DNA of 64,000 nucleotides. It comes from an uncultured Verrucomicrobiae bacterium (GTDB taxonomy: Bacteria > Verrucomicrobiota > Verrucomicrobiia > Palsa-1439). This document shows, in pieces, positions 18,907-29,672 of this stretch (positions are counted from its first letter, which is position 1; the number at the start of each line of letters is the position of its first letter). The stretch is taken from contig CAWEWF010000005.1 in NCBI GenBank assembly GCA_963812605.1, positions 192,001 through 256,000 of the forward strand, given 5' to 3'. The position numbers were made by a program, and so were the translations under genes. A model generated the notes under the pieces. That model saw nothing but the letters and a program-made list of their open reading frames with translations, was not told where the DNA came from and did no database searches.

Positions 18907-19319
18907 AGCGGCAAATCCGAAGCACGGACGAGCCATGCTGGTTCGCGAGAATCATGTCAGTTACGGAACTGGCGGGCCCAAGAAATATGACTTGGAAGAA
19001 CGGACTTTTCGGTTTGCCTAGGAAATCCGTGCATTCGTCAAGACGTGGCCCTGCACGGTTGGCAACATTGAAGATGTCAAACAGTTGGTTCGCGGCATCC
19101 GGTTCGGTCGGCGCGAATTATATCGAGGCCAACGAAGCTCTCGGTAAGAAGGATTTTGTCATGAGGATCAAGATCTGTCGCAAGGAGGCGAAAGAAGGTC
19201 GTTTCTTTCTGCGCCTGCTTGACCTCGGCGACAGGGACGGCGCTCAGCGCGATCGATTGATTCAAGAGGCCACCGAGCTAATGAATATTTTCGGGGCAAT
19301 ATACCGCAAGAGCCAATGA
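18899..19319 (+). pseudogene. Four-helix-bundle protein (TIGR02436/23S-IVP-like), in-frame TAG at 19019 and frameshift near 19094
   Basis: Reconstructed YDLEERTFRFA*EIRAFV...KQLVRASGSVGANYIEANEALGKKDFVMRIKICRKEAKE. Confidence 0.8.
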
Positions 19320-19337
19320 GCCTTGAATATTCAGGAA

Positions 19338-19385
19338 TTCGGAATTTGAATTTGTTTCGAATTTCGAGGTTCGAGATTTGGGTTT
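19338..19385. repeat. Right arm of the imperfect inverted repeat flanking the four-helix-bundle gene
   Basis: TTCGGAATTTGAATTTGTTTCGAATTTCGAGGTTCGAGATTTGGGTTT. Confidence 0.7.
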
Positions 19386-19394
19386 GAAAAATCT

Positions 19395-20493
19395 ATGGGC
19401 GAGACTTATTACATTGTTCCGCAGTCGATCCACAATGCGCTGGTCGAGAAGGCCTATCGGCATCGCGGTTACACCGCGGATGAAGCGGCCGACGCGGCGC
19501 GTTTCTGCGCCTCGGCGTCCGCGCACGGTATCCGCACGCATAACGGCATCAAGGCGCTGCACCTCGATCATCTGTACGGCAGCGGCGCCGGCGGCTGCGT
19601 GCCCGGCGCGAAGATTCGCGAGATTCCGATCAGGTTCAAGGCTGCCCGCGTCTGGGATGCGCAAAAAAAACTCGGCCAACCCGTCGCCTATCACGCGATG
19701 GAGACCTGCATGAAGCTCGCCGATGAATTCGGCGTTGGCATCGTTAGCGTGGACAACGCTTTTCATTACTTGTGGGGCGGCGGCTACGTGATAGACGCGG
19801 CGCAAAAGGGATACATCGCCTACACCTGCTGCACGTCGACTCTGGCCGAAGTCGTTCCTTTCGGCGGCAAATTTCCCACGCTGGGGACGAACCCGCATTC
19901 ATGGGCGTTTCCGACGACGAAAGGCGATTGGATTCCCCATCGTCATCGATTGGGCGACGTCGACCGTCGCGATGGGCCGCGTCCAACAACTCAAGCGCGA
20001 GGGCAAACCGCTCCCGCCGAATTGCGCCGTCGACAAAGACGGAAATCCGACCACTGATCCCGACAAGGCGGTGGCGTTGTTGCCGTTTGGCGCGCACAAG
20101 GGCTATGGCCTCGGTTTGATCGACGAATTGTACGGCGCGTTCATCGGCGGTTCGCTGCCGACGATTCGCGGCCACTATGAGATGAAGGACGACGAGAAAC
20201 ACACGTCGGCATTTTTCTTCCAATGCATTCATCCCGACGCGATGAACGGCGGCGCGTTTGCCAGGGGTCGCAGCCAGGCGGACAACGTCAAGGCCGTCAT
20301 CCACGACATCCTCGGCCACGGCAACGAGAAGTGCATGCTCCCCGGCCAGCCCGAAGCGCAAGCGGCCGAGTTGACGAAGAAACACGGCGGCCTGCTCTTC
20401 TCCAAAGCCGAAATCGAAGCTTTTAACGAGATCGCGAAAGAGTGTGGCGAGAAACCGTGGGAGTTGACCTCATTTAAGACGGTGACCGTTTGA
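19395..20493 (+). CDS. Ldh_2-family (malate/L-lactate/ureidoglycolate/YiaK-type) oxidoreductase, frameshift near 19921
   Basis: HGIRTHNG, LGTNPHSWAFP, DWATS, LLPFGAHKGYGL and LPGQPE. Confidence 0.82.
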
Positions 20494-20506
20494 AAGGACT
20501 GCATCG

Positions 20507-21599
20507 ATGCCACTGAAACTTCGTGACAAGTACACCTTCGACCAGATTTCCCTGGGGGAGATCATGTTGCGGCTGGATCCGGGCGAGGGGCGGATCCGCA
20601 CGGCGCGCGAATTCAAGGCGTGGGAGGGCGGCGGCGAATACAATGTCTCGCGCGGGCTGCGCAAATGCTTTGGGCTGAAGACGGCGGTGTGCACGGCGTT
20701 CGTGGACAACGAAGTCGGCCATCTTATCGAGGACTTCATCATGCAAGGGGGAGTCGCCACGGACTTCATCCTCTGGAAGCCCGACGACGGCATCGGGCGG
20801 TCGGTCCGCAACGGGCTGAATTTTACGGAGCGCGGGTTCGGCATCCGCGGCGCGGTCGGCGTTCCCGATCGCGGTCACACGGCGGCGAGCCAACTCAAGC
20901 CCGGCGATTTCAATTGGGAAAAGATTTTCGGCGAACTGGGTGTCCGCTGGTTTCACACGGGCGGGATTTTTGCCGCGTTGAGTGAATCGACCGCGGCGAT
21001 TACTGTCGAGGCCGTCAAAGCCGCGAACAAACACGGGACGATTGTCAGTTACGATCTGAATTACCGGCCCAGCTTGTGGAAGAGCATTGGCGGACAGGCC
21101 AAGGCCCGCGAAGTGAACCGCGAGATCGCCAAGTACGTGGACGTGATGATCGGCAACGAGGAGGATTTCACCGCGAGCCTCGGCTTTGAAGTGGAAGGAC
21201 TCGACCACAACATCACCACGATCGAGACGAACGCCTTCAAGAAGATGATTGAGAAGGCGGTGGGCGAGTTCAAGAATTTCAAGGTGGCGGCCACGACCCT
21301 TCGCAAGGTCATCACGGCGACGAAGAACGATTGGAGCGCGATTTGCTGGATGGACGGCAAGTTTTACGAAAGCCGCAAGTATCCCGAGTTGGAAATCTTC
21401 GACCGCGTGGGCGGCGGGGACAGTTTTGCCAGCGGGTTGATCTTCGGTTTCCTGAAGACCGGTGACCCGCAAAAGGCCGTAGACTATGGCGCGGCGCACG
21501 GCGCACTGGCCATGACCACTCCCGGCGACACGTCCATGGCCACGCAGAAGGAAGTGGAAAAAGTCATGGGTCGGTGGCAGCGCGCGGGTCCAGCGGTGA
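20507..21599 (+). CDS. kdgK: PfkB-family sugar kinase, 2-dehydro-3-deoxygluconokinase-like
   Basis: LGEIMLRLDP, GGGEYNV, SYDLNYRPSLW and DRVGGGDSFASG. Removing T21571 gives the expected ending GGGSARVQR*. Confidence 0.8.
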
Positions 21600-23169
21600 G
21601 GACGCGACGCTCGCACGCTGCGTACTTTTTTACCAGTTGGTCGTAAATGCGGACCGACTTCGCAGCGGGTTTGACCTCGCTGTTCGGGATCGGGTCGGTA
21701 AAGACGGAGACGACTTCCTGCCACTTCGGTTTCTTTCCACTAAGCAACAGCCAGCCATGAACGGCGCGGAGGGCGGCCCCGAGGGCGGCGCTTTTGGCGA
21801 CTTCGATACGGCGAACAGGGCAGTTGAAGACATCGGCCATGATTTGCAGGACGGGGAGATTCACAGAGCCGCCGCCAGTGGCACAAATGCTCGTCGGGTT
21901 GATCTTCATCCACGCGGAATGAATACGCATGGACATCATCTGGGCTTCCACGATGGCGCGGCAGTCCTGGGCGGCGATGTTATTTTTGTCGAAGTCGAAA
22001 CGGTGGAGGCCGGGCTGACTGACGCGTGGAACGATCTCCGGCTCGAACCACGGCAGCATGATCGCGCCCTGATTGCCCGGTTTGGTTTTGAGGAGCAACT
22101 GGTTGTAGCCTTCCCAATCGAGTCCATACTGGTTGCGAATTTTCTCGAAGGCCAGTGAGCCATTTGTGAAACAGATCAGTGGCAGGTAGTCACCCGTGGG
22201 CGCGCCGAACACGCTGCCTTCGCCGCGCACATCCACGCGGCACTGTTGCATGCGGCCAAAGTAGGTGTAACTGGTGCCGAGGCTGATGGCGACCTTGCCT
22301 TCGTGGATGAGGCCGAGGCCGACGGCGCTGCAGGGGTTATCGCCCGACCAGACCAAAGTTTGCGCGGCTGGGTTAAGGCCATACTTCTTCGCGAAATAGG
22401 GGCTGACGGTCCCGATGACCTTCCACGGTTTGGCAAGCGGCGGGAGTTTGTTCCTCAACCCGGGCGCGGTGGCCATGAGCGCGGCGGGATGCCACGTCTT
22501 TTTGTGGATATCCATCAAGTTCATGCCCGCGCCATCGCCGTGGTCGATGGGAGCGATTTTGCCCGCGAGCAGCGAAGCCATGAACGAACTGACCAGCGCG
22601 ATGCTTGTCGTTCGCGGCGTAGTTATCCGGCTCGGTCTTGAAGAACTTGCGAATTTGCGGCCCGGTGAACCGCTCGAATGTGTCGGAGCCGGTTTGTTGC
22701 GCGGTGGCCATGATGCCGCCGAGTTTCTCGCGAATCTCCGCGCACTCGACGCTGGTGGACGAATCCATCCAGATCGGCGAAGTGATGCGCGAGAAGATGC
22801 CCCGCAAATTCTCCACCAGACTCTTTGCGGGATTGAGTTTGGCCAGCGCGCCGAGCGGCGCGGTCGATTGAGATAGACCGAACCGTGTTGCTGTCCGCTG
22901 CCGCTGAGGGCGAGGATATCGCCGAGCGGCACGCCGTCCTGCTTCATCTGCGCAAACAACACGTCGAGCGCCTCGGCCCACATTAACGGCGGGCTGTGCA
23001 CGACGAGCGGGTCATTACTGCGCAGCGTGCCGTTCTGGGTGCCGTAATGTGGCAGCGCCTTGTCGAAGTTGAGAGATTTGTCGTAAATAACGCGCCGCGC
23101 GTCGTAGTCGATTACTATTGCCGAGAGGCTTTGCGTGCTAGCGTCTAGTCCGAGAAAAAGCCTGGCCAT
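21564..23169 (-). CDS. xylB: Xylulokinase (FGGY family, eukaryote-like XylB), with compensating internal frameshifts
   Basis: LFLGLDASTQSL, SGSGQQHGSVY, alternate-frame SPIWMDSST...ERFTGPQIRK, SGDNP, ISLGTS and ATGGGS. Confidence 0.8.
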
Positions 23170-23620
23170 GCTTGTGTTTGTAGCAGGGCGGATTTGCTGG
23201 CGGCAACTCGTTACTTAGCGCGGGCTGAAGAGCGACTGTCCGGGACCTCTTGGCAAATAAACTCCCGAACCATCGAGGTCAACGCGAACGAATTTGCTGG
23301 ACGTTTGGTTGTTCACTCTTATTTACTATCCCGCTAGCGAGTAGAAGAATGGCGAGCGACTCCTCTCCTTCTGGGTCTTTTCAGAATTGAGGATCACAAA
23401 AAGCAGTGTGTCACAAAGCGAGACTTCACTCTTTGGCGAGAGAGAGGACAGCGCATTTTTTCCAAGCGCGTGTGATGTACCGTCTCCAGAAAGTTTACCA
23501 TTACTTCCAAATAGTTGTTGTCCTCCATTTCTTGCCGCAGGAGGGACGACGAGAACATTTTATTTTGAAGATGGGATCAGGAACAAAAACGCGGGGGAAA
23601 ATGAAAAGGAGTAGGAAGAA

Positions 23621-24445
23621 ATGTATAGGTATTTAATCGCTACATTGATGGTAACGTCGCTGACGAGTGTTTCTTACGGTGCAACGGTTGTGGTCAGTCC
23701 CGGGAACATGGGTAGTTGGGCTTTCGTGACAACGGACAACACCGGCACCCCCGGGGGTGACCCTGGTGACATTGCCCAAATGGTCAATGGGCCGGCCACG
23801 CCACCGCTGGGTACGGGCAGTGCCCAATTGAGTACGGCACCGGGTCATGGTGATGAGTCCGCCCAAATCTCAACCACGCGTACGATGGCATCGCGCTCTC
23901 CAATCTGACTTCGCTGAGTTACTCTACCTACGCGACGGCCAACAATGGGCAGCAGTTTCCGTACATCCAGTTAAGTGTCACCACCAACGGCCCCGGCCCT
24001 GCGGCGGACGACGTGCTCTTTTTTGAACCGCCTTACCAGACCCACGCTACCGGTAATCCTGGCTCTTCCAGACCAGGGCAATACTGCCCTCAATACCTGG
24101 CAGTTGTGGGATGCAAAAGTGGGCGGTTGGTGGTCGGACGACAGTCTTGCCGATTTGAACCCGGGCACGGGCGTTGGTTCACTCGCTACCTACCTTGCGG
24201 CTTTTCCGAATGCCACCATCGTGGCAAATCCATTCGCAGGAAATGGGGGCATCGGCCTGACCGTTGGTTATGCAGGCGCGGGAGACTTTCTTACCGGCTA
24301 CGTTGACAATGTAACCATCGGGACGCAGGGCGGAGGATCAACCACATTCAACTTTGAAGCGGTTCCTGAGCCAGCGAGTCTTTCACTGCTGGCCTTCGGA
24401 GGATTGCTCGCGTTTTTCTGTCAGTGGAAGAAGAATCGCGGCTAA
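23621..24445 (+). CDS. PEP-CTERM sorting-domain surface protein (two apparent frameshifts)
   Basis: Signal peptide in ORF 23621 and terminal VPEPASLSLLAFGGLLAFFCQWKKNRG in ORF 23975. Confidence 0.8.
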
Positions 24446-24480
24446 GGTTCCAGATCCCTTGAAGGATTCATCGGTCTGGG

Positions 24481-25720
24481 TCACTTCCCGTTGCAGTCCT
24501 GATCGACGGCTTGCTTCAGCATCTCGAAGAAATCGGGAATGGCAGAGGTCACGCGGTTCCAATTCGATATCAGGGGAATGCCCAGCGGGTCGCGGAGGTA
24601 TTCATCGGCGGCGATGCGGAGCGCGTTGGTGAACGCGCGCACCGCCAGCATTTCCTGATGCCGATCGAAGGGTAGGCCATTGACTGCCGCGTCGTCCTCG
24701 TACTGTTTCACCGCATCCTGCGCCACTCGCAGATAGCGAATGGTCAATGTTTTGAAAAGCGCGTCGGAGAGCACCATGCCTTCCGTGGCCAGGTTGCGGA
24801 AGATGGACTTGGCGATGTCGGCGCTCATCTTCATGAGTCCCTTGTGCTCGTCATCGGCGGAGAGGTTCTGGTGTTTATGTTCGTAGGTGTCGCACAATTC
24901 GACCTGGCAGATCCGTTTGGCCGTGCAATTACGGAATACCTCGCAGAGCACGCCCATCTCCAGTCCCCAATCACCGGGGATACGATTGATGCGCGCCAGA
25001 TCGGCGAGCATCGAGAACTCGCCAGAGAGCGGGTAGCGGAAACTGTCGAGGAATACCAACAGCGGCACTTCGCGCCCGAGGACTTTCTGCAACGCGCGAA
25101 TTAGTGGCGTGACCAAGAGTCGCGTGACGCGCCCGTAGAAGCGGTCCGAGACGCGGGCGTAGAAGCCCTTGCAGAATTCATAGTCCATGTTCGGACTCGC
25201 GAGCGGGAACACCAGCCGCGCCAGCAGTTCACGATCGTACGTGAGGATGTCGCAGTCATGCAGCGCAATGATTTTACATTGTTCGTCGGCCAGCACAAAG
25301 CCCGACGACAACCAGATGTTACTGCCTTTGCCGGGACCGCCGATGGAAAGGTCGTTCTGGAGCATCAATTTCATCAGCTTGCGCAGGCGCGGCCCGTCGC
25401 GCCAGAGGATTTTGACTTCTTGCGGCAGCGTGGAGAAAAACCGGCGAGCGAGATCGAACTGGCGCCGATCCGCCGGAGATGAACTGGCGTCGGCGGCGGT
25501 CAAGCCCGACAACGACCTGGCGGATGTAACGGACACCCCGAAGATGCTGCAGGATATTCTCGAGCGCCGGGCCTTCCAACTCGCTGTAAAGGCAGGGCAG
25601 CACCAGCGCAATGGGCCGCCGCTCGGTATACTCCGCCAGCGTGGCCTCGATGGCCTCGAGATTGTACTTGCCGAGCCGATGAAACGTCGTGATAACGCCA
25701 CTTTGATGAAAATCACTCAT
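24481..25720 (-). CDS. Glucosyl-3-phosphoglycerate synthase (GpgS)-like glycosyltransferase, frameshift near 25490
   Basis: MSDFHQSGVITTFHRL, LVLPCLYSELEGPAL, GPGKGSNIW, ALHDCDILTY, FCKGFYAR, FRYPLSGEF and YEHKHQ. Confidence 0.75.
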
Positions 25721-25819
25721 GGCTTCATAAATTGCTTCGTCCTCGACTGACCCAATTGTAAGATTACGCATGGACGACGGCGTGAGGCAATTTATTTTCA
25801 TGGCCGTCGCGTCTTTTCT

Positions 25820-26594
25820 ATGAGCGACGCGAAAGTCATTTTCTGGGACGTATATGGCACGCTGCTTTCCGCGCCGCGCGGGAATCTCGACTCTTTGCTT
25901 CAACGCGAGGCCGAACTGCGCACGGCTTTCGAGCGCACCATCAAGAATTTTGGTCTCGGGGCCGTTCCCGCGCGCTTGCACAATCTCTTCCTGCGCGGCA
26001 TCCAGGCCGAACGTGAGGCACGGGTGGCCGAAGGGCATTGCGCATCCCGAAGTACGCGTCGACGAAATCTGGTTCAAGTTGCTGGAAAAATTCCAACCCG
26101 AGAATCCGCCCACCATCAATTTCGCGCGCGAGGTCGCATTGTTCTTCCAACGACAGGCCAACCCGACGCAACTTCAACCGCGCGTGTTCGATGTGTTGAA
26201 CACGCTCAAGCAGCGCGGACTGCGCCACGGCATCATTTCCAACGCGCAGTTCTACACGCCCATTGAGTTGTCCCAGTTGCTGCGTGATGAAAGTGCGTGC
26301 GCCGTTTGCACCTATGAATCGCTCTTTGATCCGCTGTTCGTCTTTTTCTCGTTCGACCTCGGCGTCGCCAAGCCGGATCTTACCCCTTTTCGCCGCGCGG
26401 TCGAGGCGCTCACGCGCGAGAACATCATGCCCGATGACTGCGTCTTCGTGGGGAATTCGCCCGTCAACGACATTGCGCCGGCCCAGCGCGTCGGATTCAA
26501 GACCGTTCTCTTTGCGCCGGAAGGCGTCCCCGAATCCGCAATCAAGCCCGATCTGGTCATCCATAATCTCTCGCAGCTTTTGGAATGGCTGTGA
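25820..26594 (+). CDS. HAD-superfamily phosphatase, frameshift near 26035
   Basis: WDVYGTL motif I, GIISNAQFYT, AKPD and FVGNSPVNDIAPA. Confidence 0.8.
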
Positions 26595-27787
26595 AGATCG
26601 CGATCCTGCACTACCATCTGCGGCCGGGCGGCGTGACAACTGTCATCCGCAATGCGCAGCGCGCTTTGGCGGGAAAACTCGATGTGCGGATCATGGCGGA
26701 TTTCGGTTACGACGAACGCCCTGCGCGCGATCGTGCCGCCTTCCTTGCGGAATCGCGGCGGCTGGCCGACCGTCTGGCCAAGCGTCTTCGAGGCGTGGAC
26801 GTTCTGCACACGCACAATATCGGGCTTGGCAAACATCCGCGACTGACGTATGCGATCAAGCTCCTGGCGCGGCAAGGTGGGATCAAGATCATCAATCAGG
26901 TCCACGACTTTCCCGAAGACCATCGGCCCGCGCCATTGCATGCGCTGCGCAACTGCACCGGCAAGCGTGATGACGCCTTTCAGCGCGCGCTGTGTTATTA
27001 CGATGAGCCGAACGTAATCTGGGCGACGCTGACCACGCACGACGCGGCGAAACTCGCGGCGCGCGGAGTTCCATCGAAAAAGATCCACGTTCTTCCCAAC
27101 CCGGTGGACGAGGAGTTTTTTAGCAAGCCCGCGCCGTCCCGCGCCGAGTTGCAGCAAGTGAACGGAAAGCTCACGGCGTTTGCCCGCGCGCACCGATTTC
27201 ATTTCGATCCACGGAAGAAGCTGCTGCTTTCGCCGATGAAAGTGATGGTTCGGAAGAATAATGCGGAAGCCATCGAGTTGGTGAAACGGTTGAAGGGGTA
27301 TCAGCTGGTCATTTCGCTCGATGCGTCCTCCGCGAGCGACCGCGATTACAGCGCGCGAATCAAGAAGAAGATTCGCCGGGAACGGCTGCCGGTGGTGATC
27401 GGTTTTGGCGCAACCCTGGACAGTCCGCTGCCGCTCTTTCACCTGGCGCATGCGATTCTCACGACATCCCGCGTGGAGGGGTTCGGTTACACGTTTGTCG
27501 AAGGCTGGCTCTGCCGTAAAGCGGTGGTCGGTCGCGATATTCCCGAGGTCACCCGGGACTTTATCACCGCAGGAATGAAGATGGACCATTTCTACCGCGA
27601 GTTTGACGACGAAGCAGTCCAGCACGTGGCGAGGTTCCTGGCGCGGCCATCGCGCAGGCTCATCGAAGATAATCGGAAGGTCGTTTTACTGAAGTATTCG
27701 CGACGGGCATACGCGCGACGGTACCAGAAGTTACTGTCAAAACTCTCCCTTGGGCGTGTGTTCGGCGCTTTCGACCAGGTTGTGTAA
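26591..27787 (+). CDS. Glycosyltransferase family 4
   Basis: IAILHYHLRPGGVTTVI, HNIGLGK, VRKN and TTSRVEGFGYTFVE. Confidence 0.8.
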   Translation: MKIAILHYHLRPGGVTTVIRNAQRALAGKLDVRIMADFGYDERPARDRAAFLAESRRLADRLAKRLRGVDVLHTHNIGLGKHPRLTYAIKLLARQGGIKIINQVHDFPEDHRPAPLHALRNCTGKRDDAFQRALCYYDEPNVIWATLTTHDAAKLAARGVPSKKIHVLPNPVDEEFFSKPAPSRAELQQVNGKLTAFARAHRFHFDPRKKLLLSPMKVMVRKNNAEAIELVKRLKGYQLVISLDASSASDRDYSARIKKKIRRERLPVVIGFGATLDSPLPLFHLAHAILTTSRVEGFGYTFVEGWLCRKAVVGRDIPEVTRDFITAGMKMDHFYREFDDEAVQHVARFLARPSRRLIEDNRKVVLLKYSRRAYARRYQKLLSKLSLGRVFGAFDQVV

Positions 27788-29002
27788 CCGGCGCCGCAAG
27801 ACGGCGAGCGAGAAATGTTGCCGGGCAATCGTGAAATTCCGGTCAGCCATCTGTTTGCGGAGTTCGGGATCGTTGAGGACGTGACGGACTTTCTCGACAA
27901 CGTCGTCGGTGATGTAGCCATCCATCGTGACCGTCTCGAAACCCAGCGGTTCGATGTCCAGCATGTACACGGAGTAGCGGTTGACCATGATCGGCTTGCG
28001 AAAATAGATGGCTTCAAGGAAGGCGTTCCCGAACCCCTCGTAGATGCTGGGGTAGGTGACAAAATCGGCCTGCGGATAAATGTCCCAGAGCGTATAGATC
28101 TTCTGGCCCTTTTCATCGAAGCTGCGGGTTTCGCTGAAGCGATTGGCAACAAACCGAATATCCACGCCCTCGGACTGGGCGAGTTCGCGCAACCAATTGT
28201 AGTACGCCAGCCCCTCGTCGCCCGCGCTGTGGGAGACCACCAGCTTGGCGCGCGGTTCCTTCAGGCGGCGCACCAGCTCGACGGCGTGCTCGACTCCCTT
28301 GCGCGAGACGAGGCGGGTCGGTTGGAGGATGAGGATGTCGTCGGGCTTCAGCCCGATCTGCTCGCGCAAGTCGCGGGCGTATTCATCCATGGCCGGCGGC
28401 TCGGTCTCGAAATCGAATACATTGGGGATCAGCGAGGCGGCAATGCCTTTGCGCTGGGCGAGCTCGCGCCGCGCGGGAGTGTTGATGACCACGTGTTTGA
28501 TGCTCGGCAAACTCGGGGGAAAAGCAGAGTCGAGGATGTCTTGCACCGCGTTGATCATGAAGCGCTGGCGTTCCCAGTAGAAATCGTGATGGTGCGCGAG
28601 GGTGTGGATGCCGGTCTCGGCGATGAACTCCGTCAGCGCCATGCCCAGCGGCAGGTTCATCGGAATCGTGAGGATGTTTTCGGGAACGAGCACGTCGATG
28701 GCGAATTTCTTCACGAACCCGGCGAGGCCGGTCTTGATTCGCCCCCGCAACGCGTGGAGTTCTTCGGTCGTTTCCCCGGCGCGGGTGTGAACGCCGAAGC
28801 ATTTCTCGTGGAGGGCCACGATTTCGGGATGCGTGAAATGCATCTCGGGCACCAGGACGCCGGGGCTGATCTCGGGATCGAGTTGTCCCGCGCAAAAAAA
28901 AGTGCTGTGGCCAAGGTCGCGGCAGATGCGCGCCCACTTGATGGTTTCAAGCGTCACGCCGTCAGTGCCGGCCAGCCGTGTGGAAACGAATCCAATATTC
29001 AT
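27737..29002 (-). CDS. Glycosyltransferase family 4, mannosylglucosylglycerate(-phosphate) synthase-like
   Basis: MNIGFVSTRLAGTDGVTLE, AHHHDFYWER, LQPTRLVSRKG and YPSIYEGFGNAFLEA. Confidence 0.75.
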   Translation of the reverse strand: MNIGFVSTRLAGTDGVTLETIKWARICRDLGHSTFFCAGQLDPEISPGVLVPEMHFTHPEIVALHEKCFGVHTRAGETTEELHALRGRIKTGLAGFVKKFAIDVLVPENILTIPMNLPLGMALTEFIAETGIHTLAHHHDFYWERQRFMINAVQDILDSAFPPSLPSIKHVVINTPARRELAQRKGIAASLIPNVFDFETEPPAMDEYARDLREQIGLKPDDILILQPTRLVSRKGVEHAVELVRRLKEPRAKLVVSHSAGDEGLAYYNWLRELAQSEGVDIRFVANRFSETRSFDEKGQKIYTLWDIYPQADFVTYPSIYEGFGNAFLEAIYFRKPIMVNRYSVYMLDIEPLGFETVTMDGYITDDVVEKVRHVLNDPELRKQMADRNFTIARQHFSLAVLRRRLHNLVESAEHTPKGEF

Positions 29003-29061
29003 CCGCGCTCGTACTTTTGCGCCATTGTCGTGTTTGAGTCAAGGTTGCGAATCTGTAACTT

Positions 29062-29085
29062 GGAGGGACGCGCTCCGTCGTGTCC
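29062..29085 (+). repeat. REP-like palindrome (GGAG + hairpin)
   Basis: GGAGGGACGCGCTCCGTCGTGTCC. Confidence 0.4.
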
Positions 29086-29165
29086 GTTCGGCCCCGGCCC
29101 ACAACACGAGACAAACGGATTGCCATGCTGGTGCGGGTCTGTTATCTTCACGACGTATTTGGCAC

Positions 29166-29260
29166 GGAGGGGTGGCTGAGTGGTCTAAAGCGGCGGTTTG
29201 CTAAACCGCTGTACGGGATTAAAGCCTGTACCGAGGGTTCGAATCCCTCCCCCTCCGCCA
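29166..29260 (+). tRNA. tRNA-Ser (GCT)
   Basis: GGAGGGG/CCCCTCC acceptor stem, anticodon arm GCGGT-TTGCTAA-ACCGC, long variable arm, GGTTCGAATCC T-loop and encoded CCA. Confidence 0.96.
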
Positions 29261-29263
29261 ACC

Positions 29264-29425
29264 TTTTGCCGTACAACGTGGTCAACAAACTGGAGAGTGA
29301 ATTGTCTGATGTTGAGACCTGACCCCATTCCACTTCATTGCCGAGCTTGACAGCCATTTTGCCGTACAACGTGGTCAACAAACTGGAGAGTGAATTGTCT
29401 GATGTTGAGACCTGACCCCATTCCA
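29264..29425 (+). repeat. Perfect 69-bp direct repeat x2 with a 24-bp spacer, directly after the tRNA
   Basis: 29264-29332 is identical to 29357-29425 and ends GTTGAGACCTGACCCCATTCCA. Confidence 0.9.
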
Positions 29426-29672
29426 TGCCATTGACGGAAAACGGACCGGGTGGCACAAGGGGGATGGGTGCACTGATGGCAACCACGCCTGGTGGCACGA
29501 ACTGAAAAGCACCGGGTAATCGCGAAGAAGCTGGAGCAACTGACGAAACCGTCAACAATCAATGACTGACGCTCTCAACTTCAACCGGGATAAAAAACCA
29601 GCCGCCATACCGACCCGAACCTTGGCTCAATTGAATAATGAATAGACCTGACACTAACTGCCTTTTCAGCCC

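Noticed and set aside
18899-19319. Avd-like gene suggesting a diversity-generating retroelement
   Set aside because: No reverse transcriptase and no TR/VR pair with adenine-specific mismatches seen. The GH repeats differ at all base types.
29264-29425. Possible mini-CRISPR array
   Set aside because: Only two repeats, the repeat (69 bp) is too long, the spacer (24 bp) is short and there are no cas genes.
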